Virus record (IMG/VR): IMGVR_UViG_3300047560_000604
Span: 1-64,000 of that record
DNA from: a virus
Direction: 5' to 3' (one strand)
Length of the DNA stretch: 64,000 nucleotides
Position numbers and translations under genes: made by a program. A model generated the notes under the pieces. That model was not told the DNA's origin and made no database searches. It saw nothing but the letters and a program-made list of their open reading frames with translations. Shown here piece by piece: positions 7,528-16,806 of the stretch (the stretch's first letter is position 1; every line of letters begins with the position of its first letter).

Positions 7528-8073
7528 ATGCGTATTCAAGAAATCACCGAATCAAAAGAACAAGCATTACAATATGCTACACAAGCACATCAGGGACAAA
7601 CCCGTGATGGTGGCGCTCCCTATATCAGTCATCCTGTTAGAGTTGCTAATATAATTAAACAATATAAGCAAAGTCACAACATTGACGCATTGATTCAGGC
7701 TGCTTACTTGCACGATACGATTGAAGATACAGATACTACCCACGAAGCATTACATGACCTGTTTGGTGGGTTAGTTGCTAGTCTAGTTTTAGAACTTACA
7801 AGCGATTTAGCACAAATCAAGAAAGTAGGAAAGAAAGACTATCTTGCTAAAAAGATGGCTCACGATATGAGTTCATGGGGTCTTGTTATCAAACTAGCTG
7901 ATAGACTAGACAACGTGAAGGATATTACTACTGCCAAGACTCCTGAATGGAGAGCAAAATACAAAGAGGAGACAGAACATATCATGGACTACTTGGAACA
8001 GAATAGAGTATTGAGTGGTACACATAAGAAACTGATTGAGTTGATTAGAAATAAGATTAACGAGGTTCATTAA
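7528..8073 (+). CDS. RelA/SpoT-type HD domain (p)ppGpp hydrolase (small alarmone hydrolase)
   Basis: A..AHQGQTR..G.PYISHP..VA, AAYLHDTIEDT, VIKLADRLDN. Confidence 0.88.
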   Translation: MRIQEITESKEQALQYATQAHQGQTRDGGAPYISHPVRVANIIKQYKQSHNIDALIQAAYLHDTIEDTDTTHEALHDLFGGLVASLVLELTSDLAQIKKVGKKDYLAKKMAHDMSSWGLVIKLADRLDNVKDITTAKTPEWRAKYKEETEHIMDYLEQNRVLSGTHKKLIELIRNKINEVH

Positions 8074-8191
8074 CCCAAATAACTTTCTTTCTAAACTCAA
8101 TCTGATATAATAAATACATTGCTAGATAGGCTAGCAGTTCTAACACTCTTTAAACAACATGACCTTAGAGTGTGGTCAGTAAAAGGAAAAT

Positions 8192-9019
8192 ATGATGTAC
8201 GCAAACAAGCTCGTGGCGAGCCTAAAAGCCAATGGTAAAATTCTCCGTGAATTTAAAGACAATGTTTATATCCCATTCGGATCTGAATATAGCTTCTTAC
8301 TAAAAAACCTCAACTCAAAACGAGCATTAGTCAATGTATTCATTGACGGTGAAGACATGACACCCGGTGGTCTTGTTCTCAATGCAGGTCAAGAGATTGA
8401 CTTGGAACGCTCAATCAAAAACGGCAATCTACGTGAAGGTAACAAGTTTAAGTTCATTGAACGTACCGGCGCAGTAGAGAAACATCGTGGTGTCAAACTA
8501 GAAGACGGATTAATTCGTATTGAGTTTCAATTTGAATTACAACACCCAATGCAATCATTCTTTGATGACAACATGGCACGATATAGTAAGAATCTTATGC
8601 GTGGTATCAGTGGTGGTACCGGTGATGTTACTTACGGTGTACCACAGGGCACTGGTTCAGCAACTTACAGTAGCGTGAGTGGTTCAAGTATGGATTCATC
8701 ATGGATCAGTGCTAGCGGTGCAACTACCAACTCTATGAACATTTCAGCACAAGCACAATCAATGCCAGCGAACGATGTTGGTATCACTGTAGCAGGTAGC
8801 AAGAGTACACAATCGTTCACAACAACTACAATGGGCTTGATGGAAATCGAGAAGCATTCTATCATCTTTATGTTGTTAGGCGAGACAGAAGACAACAAGC
8901 CGGTACTACAACCCGTGACAGTGAAAACTAATCAAAAATGCACGACATGCAACCATACTAACAAAGTTTCGTCCAAATTCTGTTCAGAATGTGGCACTGC
9001 GTTAACACTCTACGCTTGA
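8192..9019 (+). CDS. Hypothetical protein with C-terminal zinc ribbon
   Basis: AAGGA SD; [16 protein letters not shown]. Confidence 0.8.
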   Translation: MMYANKLVASLKANGKILREFKDNVYIPFGSEYSFLLKNLNSKRALVNVFIDGEDMTPGGLVLNAGQEIDLERSIKNGNLREGNKFKFIERTGAVEKHRGVKLEDGLIRIEFQFELQHPMQSFFDDNMARYSKNLMRGISGGTGDVTYGVPQGTGSATYSSVSGSSMDSSWISASGATTNSMNISAQAQSMPANDVGITVAGSKSTQSFTTTTMGLMEIEKHSIIFMLLGETEDNKPVLQPVTVKTNQKCTTCNHTNKVSSKFCSECGTALTLYA

Positions 9020-9576
9020 TTTCGTTTACCAGTACCTTTGTTCCAAGGAGTTCTACCCTTAAGGGTTAGACTCCTTTTTAGTTTTTCATCTTCAGTTTGT
9101 TTGCGTCCTAGAGAATTTGTATTACCTGTAGCCCACGTATTGCCTAATGCGGCTTGTCGCATCTTTTCCTTAGATTCTTCTGTTCTAGGTTTCATCACTT
9201 GCAATTTACGGGCTTCTCTAATCTTCTGTTTTGTTTCTTCTGACTGAGGTTTTCTTTTTGTACCAGTCTGTCTTAGTACTTGACGGAGCTTAGTTTCTTG
9301 GGTATGTTTGTACCCACTAACACCTTCTCCACCGTCAGTTTTGTTAATTAAGATACCAGTGTTGTTATCTTTTCTACCGTACCATTTAATCATTCTTCTC
9401 TCAAGTGCTAGTGCTCCTATTTCGGATAAACAGGTTTCGAGGATGAGTATACGTGTTTTATCTTTTGGTGGTCTATGATAGGTATGATTTTGATATGCAC
9501 GGTTATTCTTTCCCTTACCGATGTAGTAAGGGGTACCGTCTTTTCTGAGATATGCGTAGACGTAATAAATAGTCAT
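9010..9576 (-). CDS. GIY-YIG-like homing endonuclease with NUMOD3 repeats
   Basis: [37 protein letters not shown]; [24 protein letters not shown]; PWNKG. Confidence 0.85.
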   Translation of the reverse strand: MTIYYVYAYLRKDGTPYYIGKGKNNRAYQNHTYHRPPKDKTRILILETCLSEIGALALERRMIKWYGRKDNNTGILINKTDGGEGVSGYKHTQETKLRQVLRQTGTKRKPQSEETKQKIREARKLQVMKPRTEESKEKMRQAALGNTWATGNTNSLGRKQTEDEKLKRSLTLKGRTPWNKGTGKRNQA

Positions 9577-9643
9577 GCTGATTGCTCCTTTAAAGCGTTA
9601 GAGTAGTTGGGCCTGCCAGCCGCGAACTACACTATTATTTATC
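9574..9643 (-). promoter_or_regulatory. Conserved endonuclease leader, copy 2
   Basis: Near-identical to 3460-3530 except the hairpin loop and the segment next to the SD. Confidence 0.75.
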
Positions 9644-9647
9644 ATAT

Positions 9648-9676
9648 TTGACAAAAATACCCTTTTGTGCTATACT
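9648..9676 (+). promoter_or_regulatory. sigma70-like promoter; ATG 6 nt after the -10
   Basis: TTGACA-17-TATACT-6-ATG(9683). Confidence 0.8.
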
Positions 9677-9682
9677 TAGGGT

Positions 9683-9937
9683 ATGCAAATACAATCTTCA
9701 CTTGACTGGAACGATGTACATTCTGAATTGAGAAAACAAGTCGGACAGCTTCCTTATAACCCAGACTTGTGGAAAATGTTGAACAACATTAGCAACATGG
9801 TGTCTGAGTTAAGTTCAGCCGAAGTAGAGACACGTAGGCTCAATAAACCTGAGTACAATAAAGAAAAGGTCGATAGCATAAACAAAGCTATCGACCATCT
9901 TGAAAAGTTTTTGCTTATTGCAAAACTTATGTCTTAG
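9683..9937 (+). CDS. Hypothetical helical protein
   Basis: ORF directly after a promoter; TAG stop in a convergent overlap. Confidence 0.75.
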   Translation: MQIQSSLDWNDVHSELRKQVGQLPYNPDLWKMLNNISNMVSELSSAEVETRRLNKPEYNKEKVDSINKAIDHLEKFLLIAKLMS

Positions 9938-11288
9938 AAACGTCAACTATTAAATCATATCCAACTTCTTTAATAGTTAATTTGAAGTTATGCTTTTCGG
10001 CTAAGTCTTCAAACACTTCTTTAGTGAATCCGCATTTGTGAACCATGAAGTCACTGCTATGACGATGCGTATGATAACGTGAACCATACAACATATCCAT
10101 TGCACTTATGGGTCCACCTGCACTATCATACACTGTATCAAGTATCTTTCCGCTAGCTAATCTGATTGCCACAGTTTTCATGTTAGGTGTAATGAATCTA
10201 ACAAAGCCATCATCTTTAACCACACGTAATAGTTCTTTGATTACAGTAGGAACTTTGAAATAGTGAATGTGTTCAATCATGTGACTTGAGTATGCAACAT
10301 CAGCAAACTTATCAGGTATGTGACTGATATTATAAATGTCAGCAAGAATGTCAGGATTGTGCATCTTGTCAATATCTAATGAAATCTCACGATACTCAGT
10401 TAAGTCTTCGGTGTAAAGTTGCTCAGGGATTTTACTGCCACCAAAGCCTACGTTCAAAATAGTTTTGTCAGTAGTAGGAGTTAACACAGTGTCTCGGTCA
10501 TACCTATCCCACCATTCACGCCAATTGATTTGGTCATCTTCCTCAGTATCATATTGCATGTGTAGTGCAAGACTTGGGATAGGAACAAATAGATAATACC
10601 CTCGTTGCTGCCAAAGTTTATTGATAGTATTGTCTTCCATCTTACTATCAACCTGATGTTTGCCCATTGCTTCAAATACGTCCCAGTTATCAGTGATAAC
10701 TTTATGGTGTGTCATAAAGCAACTAGCAGTTGCATTCTGTGTACGCCAGTGACGTTTGCGATTACGAATCATGTGACTTTGCACAACAGTGTTTTGTGGG
10801 ATATAACGATATGGATCATCAAATGGGTAGATAGCAGTGAAGTTGCCAATCTTTTGACTTGTATCCATTAGTGTAAGAATCATATCATAGATAGCAGTAG
10901 TATCATATAGGTAGTCATCCTGTGCGTAGTACACGATTTCTTTACCATAGTCTCTGCCGTGTTCGTAGCATTTAAGAATGCTTGGCATGATACCATAAGT
11001 GTCTAGAGCATTGAATTGTGTTTTGAATGTAGCAATGTTAAGGTTGTTCTTTAACTCGTGTACTGCCGATTCATCACTGTGGTCATCGTAAATGACTAAT
11101 TCAAAATCACTATCTAAGAACAGTTCTTTTGCATAGTTCATGGACTCAACTAAACTGCGAGTGCAACGGCGTTGTATCTCACTTTTGGGCGCATTGGCAA
11201 ATCTTTTATTGTCGTTCATTTTTAAGTAGTGCTGACTGTCCCCTTTACTATGGGTTTGTAGCACTACTAATACATGTAGTTTATTCAT
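9927..11288 (-). CDS. Glycosyltransferase-like domain fused to class I SAM methyltransferase
   Basis: IYDDHS and YAQDDYL in the N-terminal part; ILNVGFGG..DID..PDILADI..YSSHMIEH in the C-terminal part. Confidence 0.75.
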   Translation of the reverse strand: MNKLHVLVVLQTHSKGDSQHYLKMNDNKRFANAPKSEIQRRCTRSLVESMNYAKELFLDSDFELVIYDDHSDESAVHELKNNLNIATFKTQFNALDTYGIMPSILKCYEHGRDYGKEIVYYAQDDYLYDTTAIYDMILTLMDTSQKIGNFTAIYPFDDPYRYIPQNTVVQSHMIRNRKRHWRTQNATASCFMTHHKVITDNWDVFEAMGKHQVDSKMEDNTINKLWQQRGYYLFVPIPSLALHMQYDTEEDDQINWREWWDRYDRDTVLTPTTDKTILNVGFGGSKIPEQLYTEDLTEYREISLDIDKMHNPDILADIYNISHIPDKFADVAYSSHMIEHIHYFKVPTVIKELLRVVKDDGFVRFITPNMKTVAIRLASGKILDTVYDSAGGPISAMDMLYGSRYHTHRHSSDFMVHKCGFTKEVFEDLAEKHNFKLTIKEVGYDLIVDVSKT

Positions 11289-11327
11289 TTAACTACTTAT
11301 TCTGTGAGTAGCGTCATTGATTAAAAG

Positions 11328-13928
11328 TTATGTCTCGTCGGCTGTTCTAGTTGATGGGAATTGACGAGTTGTACCAGGCCAAATAATTCTTACTGCACCG
11401 TATGAACCCGTACCTCCCACAGAACCGGCGGTTCCTTTCCCACCACCGCCACCGCCATATGTTCCACCTGTTCCACCATTTGCTCCGGTTGATACAGTGC
11501 TTGTTGCTCCGGTGCTCCCGGCGACAGGGCCACCTGATCCACTAGCACCGCCTGCTCTTGCAGCAGCTCCTATTGTGCCGTTAGACCCTTGACCTTGATT
11601 GCCGACACCACCTCCACCACCACCACCTTGATAAGTATTTCCAGTTGACGCAGCACCGTAACCCCCAGCTCCACCGCCACCTGAACCATTAGTTGGCGGT
11701 TGTATACTCCAATTAGTTCCACCAGCTCCGCCGGCGCCACCACTGCCTGAATATCCGCCTGCACCTCCACCACCACCACCTTTGTTGGTCGTCCCGGCAC
11801 TACCGCTACCGCCTGCACCACCACCATCACCGGTATATGAGCCACCAGCTCCTCCGCTTAGCCCGCCTCCGCCACTAACAGTTGCTAAACTAATGAAATA
11901 ACTATCGTTGCCATTAAACCCTTGCTGTGCGTATGCGGCCTGTACAACTGTGTAATTTTGACCGGGAACTACCGTGATATTGTTTTTATAGCCTAAACCT
12001 CCGCCCCCACCGCCGGTAGTAGTTGATCCACTACCACCCCCACCGATACAAACAACAGATACACTAGTAACACCCTCAGGGCATGTCCATGTAGTAGAAC
12101 TACCCGTGTTAGTTGCATAAAGTGCCTGACCTGTTACCTCCACTGCTAATGTAAATGAACCACTGCCGGATACATCAAATGAATCTACGACATCAACTGT
12201 GTAGACTGTATCACTTGTTACTGTGCTTGTAGTTGTTCCTGAGATTGCACCAGTTGAAGTGTTAAATGTTAATCCACTGGGTAACCCAGGGGATATTGAT
12301 AATGTTACTGTGCCAGTACCGCCTGTATATGTAACCGGTGTAAATGTAGTTATTGTTGATGAAACTGGTACTGCTTTATATGTTATTGCAGTAGTAACTA
12401 CTAGTGGAACCGAATCAATAGTATGTGTTGATGGGTAGGAACGCCCTGTACCCCAAATGATTCTTACTGCACCTTGATTACCGATACGGTTAGCCCCGGC
12501 ACCTCCACCGTATGATGATCCTGTGCCGCCTGAGCCTGCACCACCGTCAGGGCCTATTTGAGCGCTACCGGCATATACTGCCGCAGCACCGTTAGATCCC
12601 TCACCCAACAATCCCACCCCGCCGCCATAGCCACCATATGCTGTACCAGTAATCTGGCTATTTACTAAAGGAGCAGTAGAGTAATATGCGGGTGCACCTC
12701 CTCCAGCACCGCCGCCGGAGCCTGCAGAACCGCTACCAGTGCCACCGGTAGTAGACCAAGAACCTTTACCACCGTTTCCGCTATAGCCACCAGCACCACC
12801 CCCGCCACCTGCTACTGGATAAGCAAATGATTCACCGTAACCACCATCACCACCGTTGCCTCCACCGTCGCCTGTGTATGTACCACCAGTTCCGCGTGAG
12901 TTGTACAACGCACTTTGACCGGCACCACCTTTAACAGTGGATGTGTCAATAAAGTAACTGTCACCTGCAGTAGTTCTGGCTCCACCGTAAGTTTGTCTCG
13001 CACCACCTATACCAACTACTACTGTGTAATTTTGACCGGGAACTACAGTAATATTGTTTTTATAACCAACCCCGCCGCCTCCGCCACCGGCAGACCCGCC
13101 AAAACTACTACCAATTGGAACAGTTGACATATCAGCGCCACCACCACCACCGCCTCCGACACATAGAACACATACGGATGTTACTCCTGTGGGAGCAGTC
13201 CAGGAAAATGTACCAGTGGTAGTATATGCAACTTGATTCATCGGTGTTAAAGAGGTATCAGCTATAGTGACAGTTGACGATGATGCAACCACAGGACCTG
13301 AACTTGAACCGGATCTAATGTCAACTCTAAAAGTCTCAGATCCTTCAGTTGAGTAGTCAGTAGAAGTAGTTACGTTAAATGTGCCAGCCCCGCTTGTTAT
13401 GCTTACTGTACCAGTCGCTGCTGTAAAATCTGAATTGGTTGTAGTTAAATTTACTATTTCCCAATATAGTGTAGATACTGTAGTGTTTGTCGTAGATACT
13501 GAGAAGCCTAACGTAGCTGATTCATTCATATTTGCGCTATCAGCATATACCAAAACCGTACCGCTGGTCACGAAAACTTCACTGCTAGATTTAATTACTT
13601 CACCTGATGTAGAATCAAATCTAACACTTAGAACAAAAGACTCTTCAACCTCAGCAGACCCGTCTAATGATAATGTTTTTGTTATGGTACCTACATCACT
13701 AGTAACATTGAACGATCCAGTGAGTAAGCCGTCGGTGAAATCAGCCTCTGTGATATTAGTACCGGATATTGAGTAGTAGAACGTAGTTCCATCAGGAACA
13801 CCTATTGTATAAAAAGTGTAGGTAACAGAACTACCTTCGTATACTGCACTAGTTGAAGTAGTTAGTCTATAATTGTTTACTAATGTACCGAAATCCGATA
13901 ATCGGTGTAGTGATGCTAATATTGCCAT
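11328..13928 (-). CDS. Glycine-rich tail-fibre/structural protein with Calx-beta/Ig-like domains
   Basis: Two Gly-rich modules starting WT(A/C)P.GVTSV.V.C.GGGG; Ig-like LPSGLTFNTSTGAISGT; EG.E.F repeats. Confidence 0.75.
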   Translation of the reverse strand: MAILASLHRLSDFGTLVNNYRLTTSTSAVYEGSSVTYTFYTIGVPDGTTFYYSISGTNITEADFTDGLLTGSFNVTSDVGTITKTLSLDGSAEVEESFVLSVRFDSTSGEVIKSSSEVFVTSGTVLVYADSANMNESATLGFSVSTTNTTVSTLYWEIVNLTTTNSDFTAATGTVSITSGAGTFNVTTSTDYSTEGSETFRVDIRSGSSSGPVVASSSTVTIADTSLTPMNQVAYTTTGTFSWTAPTGVTSVCVLCVGGGGGGGADMSTVPIGSSFGGSAGGGGGGVGYKNNITVVPGQNYTVVVGIGGARQTYGGARTTAGDSYFIDTSTVKGGAGQSALYNSRGTGGTYTGDGGGNGGDGGYGESFAYPVAGGGGGAGGYSGNGGKGSWSTTGGTGSGSAGSGGGAGGGAPAYYSTAPLVNSQITGTAYGGYGGGVGLLGEGSNGAAAVYAGSAQIGPDGGAGSGGTGSSYGGGAGANRIGNQGAVRIIWGTGRSYPSTHTIDSVPLVVTTAITYKAVPVSSTITTFTPVTYTGGTGTVTLSISPGLPSGLTFNTSTGAISGTTTSTVTSDTVYTVDVVDSFDVSGSGSFTLAVEVTGQALYATNTGSSTTWTCPEGVTSVSVVCIGGGGSGSTTTGGGGGGLGYKNNITVVPGQNYTVVQAAYAQQGFNGNDSYFISLATVSGGGGLSGGAGGSYTGDGGGAGGSGSAGTTNKGGGGGGAGGYSGSGGAGGAGGTNWSIQPPTNGSGGGGAGGYGAASTGNTYQGGGGGGGVGNQGQGSNGTIGAAARAGGASGSGGPVAGSTGATSTVSTGANGGTGGTYGGGGGGKGTAGSVGGTGSYGAVRIIWPGTTRQFPSTRTADET

Positions 13929-13929
13929 A

Positions 13930-14454
13930 TCAACCGAAAGATGTTAGTTGTCCGAAAACTGTCCAAGCGCTACCTGTTCTTAATAGCCCGAACACCGCCA
14001 ATTCAGTTCTATTTGCAGTTGGTTGCGGAGTTAATGCGCCCAACCATTTTATTGTTTGTGAAGCACCGTCTATTTGAACAGCACTAGGGTACCTGGGTGT
14101 AGAACCTTGCACTAATACTAAGACAACAGTTGTTACTCTACCGTTAGTAGTTGGTACATTAGTGAAGTTTGCAGTAAAGTTGGCTGCTAGTGAAGTGTGG
14201 TAAAATGTAGATCCAGTGGAAATATCATGCACAACTGTACCCGTCGCACCGGTTTTTGTGTTTACTATTTCCGATGATTCTTGTAATTGCGTCAATCCAG
14301 TAACGTACAATCCGGCTGTTGTGAAAGAATCGTTTGATATAGTGATGGATTCTTGACCAACACGATTCCACAATGAAGATGAAGAATTGTATTGATATGT
14401 GATTCCGCTTATTGTTACTTGTTGTCCATTGATTGGGTTAGTGGGCCACGCCAT
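13930..14454 (-). CDS. Tail-fibre-associated structural protein
   Basis: MAWPTNPINGQQVT..ITYQYN...LW N-terminus; AAGGA SD; late promoter at 14477-14482. Confidence 0.65.
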   Translation of the reverse strand: MAWPTNPINGQQVTISGITYQYNSSSSLWNRVGQESITISNDSFTTAGLYVTGLTQLQESSEIVNTKTGATGTVVHDISTGSTFYHTSLAANFTANFTNVPTTNGRVTTVVLVLVQGSTPRYPSAVQIDGASQTIKWLGALTPQPTANRTELAVFGLLRTGSAWTVFGQLTSFG

Positions 14455-14492
14455 TGTTTATTCCTTAATACTTTATTATTTAGCTTTGATAG

Positions 14493-14522
14493 TTGACACA
14501 AATACCCGAAATGTGCTATAAT
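14493..14522 (+). promoter_or_regulatory. sigma70-like promoter; ATG 6 nt after the -10
   Basis: TTGACA-18-TATAAT-6-ATG(14529). Confidence 0.8.
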
Positions 14523-14528
14523 ACAGGC

Positions 14529-15047
14529 ATGCTTAAAGAACATTTGCTTAGTCGTCATTTAGATTTAGAACTACATCGTCCTATGTTAGACGAGACTGAG
14601 GGTGTGGCTACTTTTTACTTGTGGAATTTGAGCGGTCAGCTTGTAGGTTACCAACAATATCGCCCCGCAGGAGAAAAGAAGCCCAACAATAACCCTAAAG
14701 AGGGAAAGTATTTTACATACCGAAAGCAACCTACACTAGCAGTTTGGGGTGTTGAAAGTCTACACTTAACTCCTCACGTTGTTTTTGTGACTGAGGGCTT
14801 GTTTGATGCCGCACGATTGACTGAGCGAGGTGTTAGTGCTTTAGCAGTATTCACAAACAATCCAGGCAAAGACGTTATGAACTGGCTGAGTATGCTGGGT
14901 CGTAAAGTTGTTGTCGTTTGTGACGGCGACAATGCCGGCGCAAAACTAGCAAAATACGGCGATGTAAGCCTGTGTTTGCTTGGTGGTAAAGACTTAGGTG
15001 ACGCCGATGACGAAACTGTAACTTTCGTATTACAAAATTTCGTTTGA
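14529..15047 (+). CDS. Stand-alone TOPRIM primase-like protein
   Basis: VFVTEGLFDA, VVVCDGDNAG, KDLGD. Confidence 0.8.
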   Translation: MLKEHLLSRHLDLELHRPMLDETEGVATFYLWNLSGQLVGYQQYRPAGEKKPNNNPKEGKYFTYRKQPTLAVWGVESLHLTPHVVFVTEGLFDAARLTERGVSALAVFTNNPGKDVMNWLSMLGRKVVVVCDGDNAGAKLAKYGDVSLCLLGGKDLGDADDETVTFVLQNFV

Positions 15048-15072
15048 CAATAAATCAAAACCCTGTTATACT
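15044..15072 (+). promoter_or_regulatory. sigma70-like promoter; ATG 6 nt after the -10
   Basis: TTGACA-17-TATACT-6-ATG(15079). Confidence 0.8.
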
Positions 15073-15078
15073 TACAGT

Positions 15079-15494
15079 ATGGAAATCAAAATTGTTTCTC
15101 GTTCTAAACGGCGCAAAATTACTATTGACTTGACGACCAAATTCTTATGCAAAGAGTTGAAGTTGGAACGTAGTAAATTTTTGTTAACTATCTACACTAT
15201 GTCAGGATTGCGTAAGCATCAGGGTTATAATGGGGTAGTAGCACAAGTCGGTGAACGTGAAATGACAATGATGGTTGACAGTCGTTTGGGTGAAGGAGAC
15301 CTCATACAATGCGTTGCACATGAAATGGTTCACGTGAAACAAATTGCAAAAGGTCAACTTACTACGTAGTCTACCATGAGCGTCCTTGGGAACAAGAGGC
15401 TTTTAGTCGTGAACGTTTGCTTGCCGCACGTGCCCTTGCTTTTGCTGAAAAAGAAATGGGCAAGATGGTTAAAAAACTTGTAAAAAATGTTTGA
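15079..15494 (+). pseudogene. Zincin-like (HExxH) protein disrupted near 15366
   Basis: AHEMVHVKQ then TAG at 15367; the -1 frame continues VYHERPWEQEAFSRERLLA..NV*. Confidence 0.7.
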
Positions 15495-15519
15495 CAAAAA
15501 ATCCAACATAGCATACAAT
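15491..15519 (+). promoter_or_regulatory. sigma70-like promoter
   Basis: TTGACA-17-TACAAT. Confidence 0.75.
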
Positions 15520-15563
15520 ACAAATTCTGAAAAATTTCTCATCGCCAACAACAGGAGTTAATA

Positions 15564-16667
15564 ATGGCATCACCAGTCTCTGATAATCTCACTATCACTA
15601 GCACACAAGCCCGCAAAGCAATTATGCAGGCATTCAAAGTTAAACGTCCCGTATTTTTGTGGGGCCCTCCCGGTATCGGTAAATCTGAGGTTGTCGCAGA
15701 GATTGCCGCAGAAATGAATGGTCCCGTTATTGACTTGCGTATGGCTCAGATGGAACCCACTGACATTCGCGGTATCCCATTCTTCAACAAAGAGAATGGT
15801 AAGATGGACTGGGCTGAGCCAGTAGACTTGCCAAGCGCAGAGTTTGCGGCACAACATCCAGTTGTTGTATTGTTCCTCGATGAAATGAACTCAGCGCCCC
15901 CAGCAGTACAGGCAGCTGGTTATCAACTTATTCTTAACCGTCGTGTAGGTAAGTATCACTTGCCTGATAATGTCGTTATCGTTGCGGCAGGTAATCGTGA
16001 CAGCGACAAAGGTGTGACATATCGCATGCCAATGCCCCTCGCTAATCGTTTCGTTCACTTAGAAATGCGCCCTGACTTTGCATCTTGGCAAACATGGGCA
16101 GTGAACAATAACGTTCACAAAGACGTTGTTGGTTACTTGTCATTCGCTAAGAATGATATGTACGACTTTGATGCTAAGTCTAGCTCTCGTGCTTTTGCTA
16201 CACCTCGTTCATGGTGTTTCGTTTCTAACTTGCTTGATGACGAAGCTAACATGGATACTGACACACAATTCAACTTGGTGTCAGGTGCGATTGGTGAAGG
16301 TCTTGCAGTTAAGTTCATGGCTCACCGCAAAGTTGCAGGTAAGATGCCTGAGCCAAGCGATATCTTGTCAGGCAAAGTTAAAGACTTGCAAGTGAAAGAA
16401 ATTTCGGCAATGTATGCGTTGACTATTGCGATGTGTTACGAGTTGAAAGACAATATCAAAAACAAGACTGTTGATAACAAACAGTTCCACGTGATGGCTC
16501 AACACTTCTTTGACTACATGATGAACAACTTTGAAACTGAGTTGGTCGTTATGGGTGCTAAGATTGCTCTCAAGACTTATGAGTTGCCAATCGAACCAAG
16601 TCAACTTAAGAACTTTGACGAATTCCACAAGAAGTACGGCAAGTACATCGTGGAAGCAGGTAACTAA
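15564..16667 (+). CDS. MoxR-like AAA+ ATPase
   Basis: GPPGIGKS, LFLDEMN, AAGNR, PLANRF, TPRSW. Confidence 0.9.
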   Translation: MASPVSDNLTITSTQARKAIMQAFKVKRPVFLWGPPGIGKSEVVAEIAAEMNGPVIDLRMAQMEPTDIRGIPFFNKENGKMDWAEPVDLPSAEFAAQHPVVVLFLDEMNSAPPAVQAAGYQLILNRRVGKYHLPDNVVIVAAGNRDSDKGVTYRMPMPLANRFVHLEMRPDFASWQTWAVNNNVHKDVVGYLSFAKNDMYDFDAKSSSRAFATPRSWCFVSNLLDDEANMDTDTQFNLVSGAIGEGLAVKFMAHRKVAGKMPEPSDILSGKVKDLQVKEISAMYALTIAMCYELKDNIKNKTVDNKQFHVMAQHFFDYMMNNFETELVVMGAKIALKTYELPIEPSQLKNFDEFHKKYGKYIVEAGN

Positions 16668-16711
16668 TTGGTCAACATAAAGTTGACTCCCTAGTGTCGC
16701 AAGGCACTTTT

Positions 16712-16750
16712 GGGTGAGGATAGTGTGAATATTCTCACCCATTTTTTATT
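16712..16750 (+). terminator. Terminator hairpin
   Basis: GGGTGAGGATA...TATTCTCACCC followed by ATTTTTT; preceded by an AGTGTC-GCAA-GGCACT hairpin. Confidence 0.75.
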
Positions 16751-16778
16751 TGACAATAAATTGAGATTAGTGTACAAT
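16750..16778 (+). promoter_or_regulatory. sigma70-like promoter
   Basis: TTGACA-17-TACAAT. Confidence 0.75.
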
Positions 16779-16806
16779 TACTACATTAATTAACAGAGGT
16801 ATACAA

